In this document: positions 49,190 through 57,915 of the stretch, one piece after another | Position numbering within the stretch: the stretch's first letter is position 1 | Layout: every line of letters starts with the position of its first letter | Virus record (IMG/VR): IMGVR_UViG_3300020477_001105 | Coordinates: 32,001 to 96,000 of that record | Direction: 5' to 3' (one strand) | DNA from: a virus | DNA: 64,000 nucleotides | Notes under the pieces: generated by a model | The model's input: the letters and a program-made list of their open reading frames with translations, nothing else | Databases searched by the model: none | Told to the model about the DNA's origin: nothing | Program-made: the position numbers and the translations under genes

Positions 49190-50521
49190 CTAATCCTCGA
49201 CTAAAGATCTCAGAGTTCTATCAATAGCCATTGATTGTTCAGTGTTGTTCATCGACTCCGCTTCTGATAACGTCAGTGTAGTGTAGTCAACACTCATCTC
49301 AACTGACCCGAAATTTTGACCATATCTATTCTTAATCATCCCCATTCGAATAATACCTAGCTCAACATCTTCATCTTCTTGCCAGATGCTCATGATACAA
49401 TCAGCTGTAGCGGCTAGACCGATACTTTCACTAATATTTTCTACACCTGGATTGTGTTCGTTTAAGCCACTTCTGTTAACTTGTGTAGCTGTTACGAACG
49501 GACAATTAAACGTATACGACAAGGCTCTAACCTGCTCTGATGTATGTTTAATTCTCTCATATGAGTTGTTCCCGATTGGTGAATGTAGCAAGTTAATATA
49601 ATCTAATACTACTATATCAGGCTTAATACCTTGATGTATTAGCTTTTGCAGATATGCACTTAATTGTGTTGAAGATATAGCGTTAGGAGGAAATTCTTTA
49701 ATAATTAATCTAGAGTCTGGGTGACTATCTTTATATGTCTCTATATTTCGCTTAACAATATCAGAACTACCGGTTAAATCACTTATAGGTATTTGACTGA
49801 TACTAGTAGATATACGCTTAGCATACATTAGCTCAGACATTTCTAATGATATCAAAACAGCAGTCTTACCCTGTGCTGCTACGTTACACGCAATGTTACC
49901 TAAAAATATTGACTTACCAATATTAGTTGCTCCTGCGAACAAATATAAAGCTTTACCTTTCTCTAAAAAGCCACCACCTAGCTTTCTATCCAACCACTCC
50001 CAATTGGACGGTATATGTTTTTCTTCTTTCTGTAAATCAGCAATATGCTCGTCGATATTAGAAAAGAACTCCATTCCCAGTCCACCGGTGAGGTTTACGC
50101 CACAAGCCTTCTCAAACTTGTCCAATATATCAGCAGTATCTATGTTACCTGCCTGGCAGTCATCTGCTACGTCTATCATAGTATGATACACGCTTTTCTC
50201 TTTTATAAACCTCTCTGTATTTTCATATAGCTCATCTCTATTAAACTTTCTATCAATATCATTAAACTGGTTAACGATGTATTTAAATTGCTCTTTGAGC
50301 TCTGGTGTAGTCAGCCGAGATTTAATTTCAGTTATAGTAGGTGTACTATTACGTTTAATAAAAAAGTCCGTAATTAATTCAACGATAGAAGAGATTTGCT
50401 TATTCTTGAAATATCTAGGTTCAATAGTATCAACTAACGTTCCCAAATACTCAGGGTTAGTTAACATATTGTATATTACGACAATCTCAAAAAAATCAGT
50501 ATCTAGCTTTTGCTTGTCCAT
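49190..50521 (-). CDS. Replicative helicase (T4 gp41/DnaB-like)
   Basis: GATNIGKS, ISLEMSE, IKEFP, VLDYINL, TATQVNR, ISESIG, KNRYG. Confidence 0.95.
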   Translation of the reverse strand: MDKQKLDTDFFEIVVIYNMLTNPEYLGTLVDTIEPRYFKNKQISSIVELITDFFIKRNSTPTITEIKSRLTTPELKEQFKYIVNQFNDIDRKFNRDELYENTERFIKEKSVYHTMIDVADDCQAGNIDTADILDKFEKACGVNLTGGLGMEFFSNIDEHIADLQKEEKHIPSNWEWLDRKLGGGFLEKGKALYLFAGATNIGKSIFLGNIACNVAAQGKTAVLISLEMSELMYAKRISTSISQIPISDLTGSSDIVKRNIETYKDSHPDSRLIIKEFPPNAISSTQLSAYLQKLIHQGIKPDIVVLDYINLLHSPIGNNSYERIKHTSEQVRALSYTFNCPFVTATQVNRSGLNEHNPGVENISESIGLAATADCIMSIWQEDEDVELGIIRMGMIKNRYGQNFGSVEMSVDYTTLTLSEAESMNNTEQSMAIDRTLRSLVED

Positions 50522-51216
50522 TTATTCAAAAAATAACTTTGACTGTCAAGAAACTCTTGATTAACGTCTCCTAATCCAGGGCTATCGTGGCGCACCCATA
50601 TAGGCCATGTTGTTAATTTTAACCCATGTTTGTTAGCTTGCAAGCAAAAATCTAAATCATAATGATGAGCTATGGCTGGAAGGTTTTCGTCGAACCTAAC
50701 TTCAGGTTTTAAACTACTAACTTTAATAGCTAAAAATAAACCATCCATTATAACACATCTATTCGGTACAGGTCCGAAATTAGTTACAAACTGTTTACCA
50801 TCTCCTGTTTTATGTGCTACTGCACCTGACCAATCGTTTTGATTAGACATTAAATGCCATAGTGCAGGTTCCTTAATCTGAGCCTGTGTAGCACCGGCTA
50901 GGCCTACTATGTCATTATCCTTAAATGCTTCTTGTAGCTTTTCAGTCCAACCCAAATCATCCATTTTAACATCATCATGCATTAGTATGACTGTATCATA
51001 CCCCTCAGTCACTGCCATGTCTAATACTTTGTTGTAATGCTTTCCGATATTCTCTTTATTATTCTTTTTAACGACGGCCTGAAAGTGCATATCTGTATAT
51101 AAAATATGATCGTCACAATCTTCTCTAGCACAGCCAATAAGCATAGAGTTATATGTAGAAGTTTCTTCAAACCCCTCTACACCATGTTTTGTGCAGGTTC
51201 CAATTAAAGTTGTCAT
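50503..51216 (-). CDS. GT-A fold glycosyltransferase-like protein
   Basis: GKHYN...ILMHDDV, VGLAG, IMDGLFLAI, FDE...HHYDLDFCL, VRHDSPG. Confidence 0.75.
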   Translation of the reverse strand: MTTLIGTCTKHGVEGFEETSTYNSMLIGCAREDCDDHILYTDMHFQAVVKKNNKENIGKHYNKVLDMAVTEGYDTVILMHDDVKMDDLGWTEKLQEAFKDNDIVGLAGATQAQIKEPALWHLMSNQNDWSGAVAHKTGDGKQFVTNFGPVPNRCVIMDGLFLAIKVSSLKPEVRFDENLPAIAHHYDLDFCLQANKHGLKLTTWPIWVRHDSPGLGDVNQEFLDSQSYFLNKWTSKS

Positions 51217-51878
51217 AATACGAAAAACGGTGAACTGTACTCAAACTCACCGACTGGATCTATAGTATCTGTAATCTTATACAATACACCCTCTCTTAGA
51301 GGTACGAGAGTATGGTATGGATCCTGGATGGATGAAAAGTAATTATCTCTTACATCTCTGAAAAGTGTACTACCTACTCGGGCAAGATATTTGTTATTAC
51401 TATTTTCATTATATATCCATACACCGAATGTACCCTTTAATGCACCTAAAGCGCATGTAATAGCTTTGATTTCGTTTTCGTCGCTGTCCTCACCTATATA
51501 ACAGTGATCAATGAATGCTGGTATAACTGACGAGTCAACATTATTAACTGTATCCGGAGGTGAGCCTATCCAATACTCTTGTATAATATCTCTATCATTA
51601 GACAATACACCGTTATGTGCCACAACCCAGTCATTATGTCGAAACGGGTGGCTAGTAGCTACGCCATGTTCACGCTCAATTGACGTCGGGGCCTGTGTAT
51701 GCCCTAGATAGTAGTCGGAGTTGTCGAGTGCCATGTCAGGTTCCCCTGGTACTCTATGTATAATCGAACCGGTTGATGATACATATACACCCCCGTAAGC
51801 GAAGTCTCCACGCTGCTTATTCATAGCGTAGAGTGTTTTAAATTGTTCTAAGCGAGTGCTACCAAATATTCCACACAT
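51213..51878 (-). CDS. Class II (Ntn) glutamine amidotransferase, stand-alone
   Basis: N-terminal MCGIFG (nucleophilic Cys), GHTQAPT, HPF, AHNGVL, VDS. Confidence 0.85.
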   Translation of the reverse strand: MCGIFGSTRLEQFKTLYAMNKQRGDFAYGGVYVSSTGSIIHRVPGEPDMALDNSDYYLGHTQAPTSIEREHGVATSHPFRHNDWVVAHNGVLSNDRDIIQEYWIGSPPDTVNNVDSSVIPAFIDHCYIGEDSDENEIKAITCALGALKGTFGVWIYNENSNNKYLARVGSTLFRDVRDNYFSSIQDPYHTLVPLREGVLYKITDTIDPVGEFEYSSPFFVL

Positions 51879-51881
51879 AAT

Positions 51882-52091
51882 TTACTGCTCCATGTACCTA
51901 TCGTCTATATGTGTATCAGTTCTTGGGCGGATTGCTGATGCCAGCTCTCTGTCCCGCTGTCGGCAAATCTGCCATTGTTTTTCTTCATCTCTAGTCTTAT
52001 AATCCTTAGGGTTATGTCTACCTGTTGTTAACACAGTCCAGCACAATCTGATTCTAGTCAGCCAGCTGTATGTATCCTTAAATTCCATCAT
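51882..52091 (-). CDS. Hypothetical protein
   Basis: Coupled ORF with WLTRIRLCWTVLTTG motif. Confidence 0.5.
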   Translation of the reverse strand: MMEFKDTYSWLTRIRLCWTVLTTGRHNPKDYKTRDEEKQWQICRQRDRELASAIRPRTDTHIDDRYMEQ

Positions 52092-52729
52092 TGTTTTTTC
52101 GCTGTAAAGACGAGTACGTCCATGTACCCTGGTTCATCATTCTCTATAAGCTGTATACTTCTCCCGTTATGCCACAGATAACTATCATCCACAATAGCCA
52201 TAGTGCCTGGATCGAGAATTGCTTGTAAGAACGGTGGGTCCGTCTTACTTGTTGATAATAGTAGCTCACCACCGATAATATTGCAACGATCAATTCCAAT
52301 AACTGCAATGCAATCATATCCGTCTTGGTGCCAACCTTCAGGAGACAACTGAGTAGCTCCTCCTTTAGCGCGTACTCTCATTTGATGTATATCCATCGTA
52401 TACGGTGACGACAAGCTACATGCCCTATAAAATACATTACACATCTCTCTAAGACATGCGCTATTAATTACATCTTGATCGATGTTATCGAACGCGCGCG
52501 ACATTCCACCTTGATGCTGATTATACTTACTGCTTTGATTAAATTCTTTGACACGTAAATCTGTCACTACCGCGGTAGACTTATCACAGTCGACACTAAC
52601 ACGGGAATATCTTCGCAGTCTATAATTACCGTCGCGGTGATCAGTTTCCGGTAAGTGATTAAATGAGTCTCTAATCTCCTTAGCATACTCAGGGTTAACT
52701 TTAGTAATTTGTAATATTGTATTAGTCAT
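52088..52729 (-). CDS. 2OG-Fe(II) dioxygenase (2OG-Fe_Oxy_2-like)
   Basis: [21 protein letters not shown] (HxD), LWH, GYMDVLV. Confidence 0.8.
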   Translation of the reverse strand: MTNTILQITKVNPEYAKEIRDSFNHLPETDHRDGNYRLRRYSRVSVDCDKSTAVVTDLRVKEFNQSSKYNQHQGGMSRAFDNIDQDVINSACLREMCNVFYRACSLSSPYTMDIHQMRVRAKGGATQLSPEGWHQDGYDCIAVIGIDRCNIIGGELLLSTSKTDPPFLQAILDPGTMAIVDDSYLWHNGRSIQLIENDEPGYMDVLVFTAKKQ

Positions 52730-53753
52730 TTTTTCCGAATATTTCGTTTGATTGTTGTGTTACTCTAACGAATGTCGCGCACTTGGGCATATATCTAATT
52801 GCGCTAGCTCCAATGTAAGTACAAGCGCTTCTCAGACCACCTAAGATGCTAGTCACAGTCCCTCTGACGGGTCCTTTATAGGGTACGTTGACTGTCTTAC
52901 CTTCTGAACTTCGATATTCTGCGACCCCGCCACTATATTTGTTCATAGCGGTATCGGAGCTCATTCCATAAAATTGTTTATATTGTCGTCCTTCTTCTTC
53001 GACGATCTCCCCACTACATTCTGCATGACCAGCAAGCATGCCGCCCAGCATAACATAATCAGCCCCAGCAGCAAAGGCTTTGGATATGTCCCCAGGACAA
53101 CAACAACCACCATCAGCCATAATATGCCCACCAACCCCGTGAGCAGCGTCAGCGCATTCAATGACCGCGCTGAGTTGAGGATATCCGACACCAGTCTGAA
53201 TACGAGTAGTGCAAACACTACCACTCCCAATACCAACTTTAACCACATCAGCTCCATTTAATATTAACTCCTCCGTCATTTCACCGGTAACAACATTACC
53301 AGCTATTATTACTTTATCAGGAAACTCTTTCCGTACAACTTTTACAAATTTGGAAAATCTTTCCGAATAACCATTTGCTACATCAATGCATATAAACTTA
53401 ACATCTAGATGTCGCAATACTGGTTTTATTTTATCATATTCCGTATATGTTATACCAGTTGTCACTGCAGCGTTATCCTTAATCTCTTGCCAATTATTTT
53501 GATACTGCTCCGGTGTGTGATGCTTATGTAAGCAAGTCAGCATAGCATGTTGCTTTAAGGCATGTGCCATCTCCATAGTACCGACATGATCCATATTAGC
53601 GGCTACTACTGGGTGACCAAGCCATTCATAATCACTATGTCTAAAGTGAAATTGACGTTTTAGCATTACTTCTTTTCTTGAGTTTAAAATAGACCGTTTA
53701 GGTCTCAGAAGTACGTCTTTATAATCTAACTTGATATCTTGTTCAATCCTCAT
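52722..53753 (-). CDS. guaC: GMP reductase
   Basis: [57 protein letters not shown]. Likely start MRIEQD at 53753. Confidence 0.95.
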   Translation of the reverse strand: MRIEQDIKLDYKDVLLRPKRSILNSRKEVMLKRQFHFRHSDYEWLGHPVVAANMDHVGTMEMAHALKQHAMLTCLHKHHTPEQYQNNWQEIKDNAAVTTGITYTEYDKIKPVLRHLDVKFICIDVANGYSERFSKFVKVVRKEFPDKVIIAGNVVTGEMTEELILNGADVVKVGIGSGSVCTTRIQTGVGYPQLSAVIECADAAHGVGGHIMADGGCCCPGDISKAFAAGADYVMLGGMLAGHAECSGEIVEEEGRQYKQFYGMSSDTAMNKYSGGVAEYRSSEGKTVNVPYKGPVRGTVTSILGGLRSACTYIGASAIRYMPKCATFVRVTQQSNEIFGKND

Positions 53754-54087
53754 ACAGCGTAGCGTGTCCTTCGTCAATAAGTCTCGAGTTTACAGAGTAA
53801 TCTAAATCATCTCCGACAAATATGTACCCTATACATCTACCATACTTACCAACTTTTGTTGATTCGATTATAAATTCATTATCACAATCTTCAAGTGTTT
53901 GTTTGAGCCATTCTTTAGCCTTGAGACCTTTCGCTTTCTCCTTCTTGTCTCTAGTACGACATTCCCACGCATCAATACCACCTAACCTGATTCGCTTCTT
54001 GACCCATGTATCGAAACCTAAGTCAATCATGGCATCTACAGTGTCACCGTCGATGACCCTGATTAACTTTGCTCTGTATTGGTACAT
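53743..54087 (-). CDS. Thermonuclease (SNase-like)
   Basis: [24 protein letters not shown]. Confidence 0.88.
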   Translation of the reverse strand: MYQYRAKLIRVIDGDTVDAMIDLGFDTWVKKRIRLGGIDAWECRTRDKKEKAKGLKAKEWLKQTLEDCDNEFIIESTKVGKYGRCIGYIFVGDDLDYSVNSRLIDEGHATLYED

Positions 54088-54500
54088 CTATTCACTAATT
54101 CCGATGATGAACGAATTTTTTCTCCTAGACCGTCTACCATTTCAATATTAAGCTGTCTACAAATATTAGCTTCAGGAATTTCTTCCTCCTTTCTATCACC
54201 GCCATTAGCAAAAATGTTCGGTCTGATCATATCAAGTGATTTACATACAGATAGATCTTCGTCAATCGACATGACCGCCACGTCTACACATTTTAATGCC
54301 TTAACAATTCTAAGTCGGTCCTCTAACTTCATAAACGACTTACCCTTCTTTTTATGAGCTTGTATATCATTGTTTACAATTACAAATAACCTATCACCTA
54401 AGCCCTTGGCCATTTCAAGATACTCTAAATGACCTACATGTAGAGGGTCAAAATACCCGCTAGCTGCTACTACCTTTACTGTTTCAATGTCAGTCTCCAT
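54063..54500 (-). CDS. Cytidylyltransferase-like nucleotidyltransferase (TagD/RibL family)
   Basis: SGYFDPLHVGH (HxGH), VIVNND, FANGGDR, KIRSSS. Confidence 0.88.
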   Translation of the reverse strand: METDIETVKVVAASGYFDPLHVGHLEYLEMAKGLGDRLFVIVNNDIQAHKKKGKSFMKLEDRLRIVKALKCVDVAVMSIDEDLSVCKSLDMIRPNIFANGGDRKEEEIPEANICRQLNIEMVDGLGEKIRSSSELVNRCTNTEQS

Positions 54501-54786
54501 TACCTGGTTTCATCTCTTTTAACTTTTTGACATCGTACCCGTCTTCTTTAGCTATACCCTTTTCGAATAGCTCTATAAAAAACTCTTGTACCCCCTTTTT
54601 GCTAACTCGCTTACGATTTTTTTCTTTCTTAAAGAGTTCGTCAAAAGCCTTATTGGTAGAAATTTCCATAGAGCAGGTATCGTCTGGGTTATCTTTAATG
54701 TCATGTATATAAACCCTCGGAAAATCACTGGCCATAACTTCTTCAAAGTTATTGTCGTTAAGGGGTATTCCTTTATGTTTCTTCAT
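54490..54786 (-). CDS. Hypothetical protein
   Basis: Coupled ORF. Confidence 0.5.
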   Translation of the reverse strand: MKKHKGIPLNDNNFEEVMASDFPRVYIHDIKDNPDDTCSMEISTNKAFDELFKKEKNRKRVSKKGVQEFFIELFEKGIAKEDGYDVKKLKEMKPGNGD

Positions 54787-54914
54787 GAGTATTTTTTATA
54801 TAATTTGATCATTAGATATACCGCAATCGCTGCTGGAACTAGCCAAATCAGCCCATTTACTGTATGTTCGGGGTGGTTACAAAGACCATTTACACATTTA
54901 ATTGTATTATTCAT
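54783..54914 (-). CDS. Unannotated 43-aa membrane microprotein
   Basis: MNNTIKCVNGLCNHPEHTVNGLIWLVPAAIAVYLMIKLYKKYS*. ATGA overlap with the next gene. Confidence 0.55.
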   Translation of the reverse strand: MNNTIKCVNGLCNHPEHTVNGLIWLVPAAIAVYLMIKLYKKYS

Positions 54915-54936
54915 ATTTCGTTCTCACTCGACTTTA

Positions 54937-55167
54937 TCATCCATCGTTGCCTATTGCTTCAACAGGACAAGCGTCCATAGCTTCCGCGCATAACGTCTCC
55001 TCCTCTTCATTTTCAGGTTGTTTGAAAACGTAGGAATAACCTCCGTCTTCGTTTCGTGTAAAATTGGCGGGTGCGGTTTCGCGGCATAGATCGCAGTCAA
55101 TACACTCTGTATCGCAATAGTATTTACCCGCTGCGTTATCTTCGTATTTATCTTCTTTCGTTGCCAT
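54937..55167 (-). CDS. Single-cluster [4Fe-4S]/[3Fe-4S] ferredoxin
   Basis: CIDCDLC...CPVEAI. Own TTGCTA-17-TATAAT promoter (55173-55201). Confidence 0.92.
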   Translation of the reverse strand: MATKEDKYEDNAAGKYYCDTECIDCDLCRETAPANFTRNEDGGYSYVFKQPENEEEETLCAEAMDACPVEAIGNDG

Positions 55168-55203
55168 AATTTATTATAACGATTAAAGTCCTAATTAGCA
55201 AAC

Positions 55204-55458
55204 TTATATTTCTTCATTATTTATCCACTCCGCTAATTCTTTTGCTTCTTCTTTACTCAAAATTAGTTGATCGTCATAATAGTTGCCTTTCGTTAACGCC
55301 ATCCAACACAACTTCAATCTCATCCACCAAGTTAACTTAACGGGATTTAAGCCCTCTCGCCAAAAACTAACATACAGTTCTTCCTCGTCATCAAACTTGG
55401 TAAGTAGCATACCTTCGCCGTGACAACTGCATTTAATGAATTTCTCTCGACTTTTCAT
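55204..55458 (-). CDS. Hypothetical protein
   Basis: CSCH motif and WWMRLKLCWMALTKG. Confidence 0.5.
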   Translation of the reverse strand: MKSREKFIKCSCHGEGMLLTKFDDEEELYVSFWREGLNPVKLTWWMRLKLCWMALTKGNYYDDQLILSKEEAKELAEWINNEEI

Positions 55459-55706
55459 TCTAAATTAAATTTATCCATCAACCTAGACACGCCAATTATT
55501 TCAATACCCACCTGAGTGTTCACTTCGTCTGTGTCTATTGATACCATATTCCCCTGCTTGTCTCTGTACACCATTACTGCACCGACTCGACCTTGCGGCG
55601 GAGCCACGTAGATATACATGGAATCCGCTTCTTCGTCATAACTAATTCTGTTATCGAAATCGTATTCGTTATACTTTCCGTAGCCTTCTGGAAATTTGGC
55701 TTTCAT
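55455..55706 (-). CDS. DUF2283-like small protein
   Basis: ISYDEEADSMYIY...IDTDE...VGIEIIGVS. Confidence 0.6.
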   Translation of the reverse strand: MKAKFPEGYGKYNEYDFDNRISYDEEADSMYIYVAPPQGRVGAVMVYRDKQGNMVSIDTDEVNTQVGIEIIGVSRLMDKFNLE

Positions 55707-55747
55707 TAATGTGAGTGATGTAATCTAAAAATTAGTTCTGCGACGAC

Positions 55748-56458
55748 TTACTTTCCTATCATGTTTAGTAATTTATCCCACGGAATCTCTCTGCTATACT
55801 CAAGAGGATCCTTAATACCTGCGTCGATAAACCCTTGGAGCCTAGATGAGCAGGCGGTACATTCTCCACACGCTTTGTCTTCTCCTTTGTAGCAGGTCCA
55901 GGTATGTCCAAAACTAACATCTAACTCAGTTCCCCATTCGATAATTTCTCTCTTCGACATCTCTATAAGAGGTGCTTCAATCTTAATTCTATGCTTTCTG
56001 TTCAAGGAAGTCAAGCTATTAATTGTTTCCAGAAACTCCTTGCTACCGTCCCAATAACCAGCTTGTGTATCTACTTGTGCAGCTCCGTGAAATACTGTAT
56101 TAGCCTCTAACGATTCAGCGATTGCACAACAAATAGACAATAACATCTGATTCCTGAACGGTACATAATTGACTGTCTGTGCATCTCCTAATACATCTCG
56201 TGTTAAGGCTACTTCAATCTCAGGGTTTGTTAGAGATGATGTGTTGATGTCCTTAAAAAAGTCTAACCTGATCAATTTATGGTTAACCCCGAGTTTTTCT
56301 GCCGTATATTCTGCAGATATTAACTCCCTACTATGTCTTTGACCGTAGTGAAAGGAAATTGCATGAACTTCGTCAAATTTATCCGATTTTACAGCATGAT
56401 AAAGTAATACTGTCGAATCTATTCCACCTGATATTGGTACTACACACTTAGTTGCCAT
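55748..56458 (-). CDS. queC: 7-cyano-7-deazaguanine synthase
   Basis: SGGIDS, FHYGQRH, YVPFRN, TWTCY...CGECTACSSR. Confidence 0.93.
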   Translation of the reverse strand: MATKCVVPISGGIDSTVLLYHAVKSDKFDEVHAISFHYGQRHSRELISAEYTAEKLGVNHKLIRLDFFKDINTSSLTNPEIEVALTRDVLGDAQTVNYVPFRNQMLLSICCAIAESLEANTVFHGAAQVDTQAGYWDGSKEFLETINSLTSLNRKHRIKIEAPLIEMSKREIIEWGTELDVSFGHTWTCYKGEDKACGECTACSSRLQGFIDAGIKDPLEYSREIPWDKLLNMIGK

Positions 56459-57500
56459 ATTGATACTTTTCGTTTAGGACTTCTTCCAGCTTTGGAAGGA
56501 TTGTCTCTTCCCAGAGCTTTTCATCCTTCCTCCAAGTTTTATAATATCCTAACTTCGTACCATCTTCAAGCGAATAAGTGGAACCACTTTGAATAATTAC
56601 ACCATGATTAACAGCGACCTCTTTTAAACCGGCATATTTGTCTAAGCCAGTTTTAAAATTTAAGTACATTTCACATTCTAGGAACGGTGGAACGAACCTA
56701 TTCTTAACTGTTAATGCTCTAAGTGTCGTCCCGCTATATTTTTTAGCTTCGGGCAACATTTCGTCGTCTTCATTAGCACCATCTTGCTTTTCACTTCTTG
56801 AAGCTAGCTGTACTAGTACACTCGCCAGATAAATCGGACCCTTACCACCGGCCTGATTCTTTACTAATGATGGAAACATAGCGGCAGGGTCGTCGTATGT
56901 ATGATTAGCGAATAGGATAGTAGTACCAGTCCTGGCCGCTTTATACGTCAAAAGCCTCATCATACTTTTAAGTGACTTAGCTCTCATGCCCATGTCCATA
57001 GCAGCCTTACCCTTCTCGGCATCCGTTACTTCCTTCTGTGAAGCCAGGTTACCCAGTGAGTCGATTGAGATAATGAACTTACCGTTCATACCACCAGCCT
57101 CAATACCATCTAAAAGGGCAATGAGTTGGTTTCTACAATCTTCAATAGTATTAACAGGCACGTACTTAGTCTTCTCAGGATCTAAACCTACAGCGCTAGC
57201 GTTTCCATCATCAACAGCCATCTCAGTATCGAACACGACAGGGATTAATCCCTTCTTCTGTGCCTTTCCGAGAATCTTATTAATAATATAAGTCTTACCA
57301 CACATCGAGGGACCAGCTAATCCAGTAATTCTACCTTTAGGTATACCCTTATATAACGAACCGGAAATAATTGAGTTCAATACCATGCACCCGGTGTCAA
57401 ACCACTCGTCAACATTTGATAGTGACGTATCAGACAGGAGGCTAGCTTCCGGGTTAAGCTTATCTAAAGCTTTGAACACATCTAATGCTTTTTTATCCAT
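56448..57500 (-). CDS. uvsX: RecA-like recombinase (UvsX)
   Basis: DTGCMVLN, GPSMCGKT, FDTE, IDSLGNL, DMGMRAK, ANHTY, GGKG, KNRF. Confidence 0.92.
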   Translation of the reverse strand: MDKKALDVFKALDKLNPEASLLSDTSLSNVDEWFDTGCMVLNSIISGSLYKGIPKGRITGLAGPSMCGKTYIINKILGKAQKKGLIPVVFDTEMAVDDGNASAVGLDPEKTKYVPVNTIEDCRNQLIALLDGIEAGGMNGKFIISIDSLGNLASQKEVTDAEKGKAAMDMGMRAKSLKSMMRLLTYKAARTGTTILFANHTYDDPAAMFPSLVKNQAGGKGPIYLASVLVQLASRSEKQDGANEDDEMLPEAKKYSGTTLRALTVKNRFVPPFLECEMYLNFKTGLDKYAGLKEVAVNHGVIIQSGSTYSLEDGTKLGYYKTWRKDEKLWEETILPKLEEVLNEKYQYGN

Positions 57501-57501
57501 T

Positions 57502-57888
57502 TTAGTCGTCGAATAATTTGACTACTGGGCTATTGGCATTACCTGCACCAGGGGTAACCACTTGCGGGGCATCTGGAGTTACAATAGCGGAAAACATTCT
57601 GCTGTATTGGTCTAGGAGACGAGCATCGAGCTGTACACCCTTTCCTAAAACTAAATTATCCTTCTTAAAGGACCACGTAGTATCACTATCACCTTCAGCA
57701 AATTCCTTAAAGAAGAAAGGCACTAGCTGTACTTGAATCTGGCCGGTTTGTGGGTTCGGTTGTACGTGAACAATAGCCGGATTTTTAACGTCTACATGGG
57801 TGTCGTCAGACCCCTCAAGTTCACCTACAATGGTTCTACCGATGCCATCAACAAAAACTTCAATATCTTTGGTATCACTCATATCCAT
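57502..57888 (-). CDS. Hypothetical protein (possible Sm-like fold)
   Basis: GRTIVGEL...VKNPAIV...LVPF...LLDQYSRMFSAIVTP. Confidence 0.55.
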   Translation of the reverse strand: MDMSDTKDIEVFVDGIGRTIVGELEGSDDTHVDVKNPAIVHVQPNPQTGQIQVQLVPFFFKEFAEGDSDTTWSFKKDNLVLGKGVQLDARLLDQYSRMFSAIVTPDAPQVVTPGAGNANSPVVKLFDD

Positions 57889-57915
57889 ATATATTAAACT
57901 CGTGTATGTGGTAAA

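Noticed and set aside
54934-54939. Readthrough at other TGA stops (ferredoxin, o-spanin, gp26-like, PolB)
   Set aside because: Each is followed by a nearby in-frame stop or runs into another gene, and I saw no SECIS-like hairpin.
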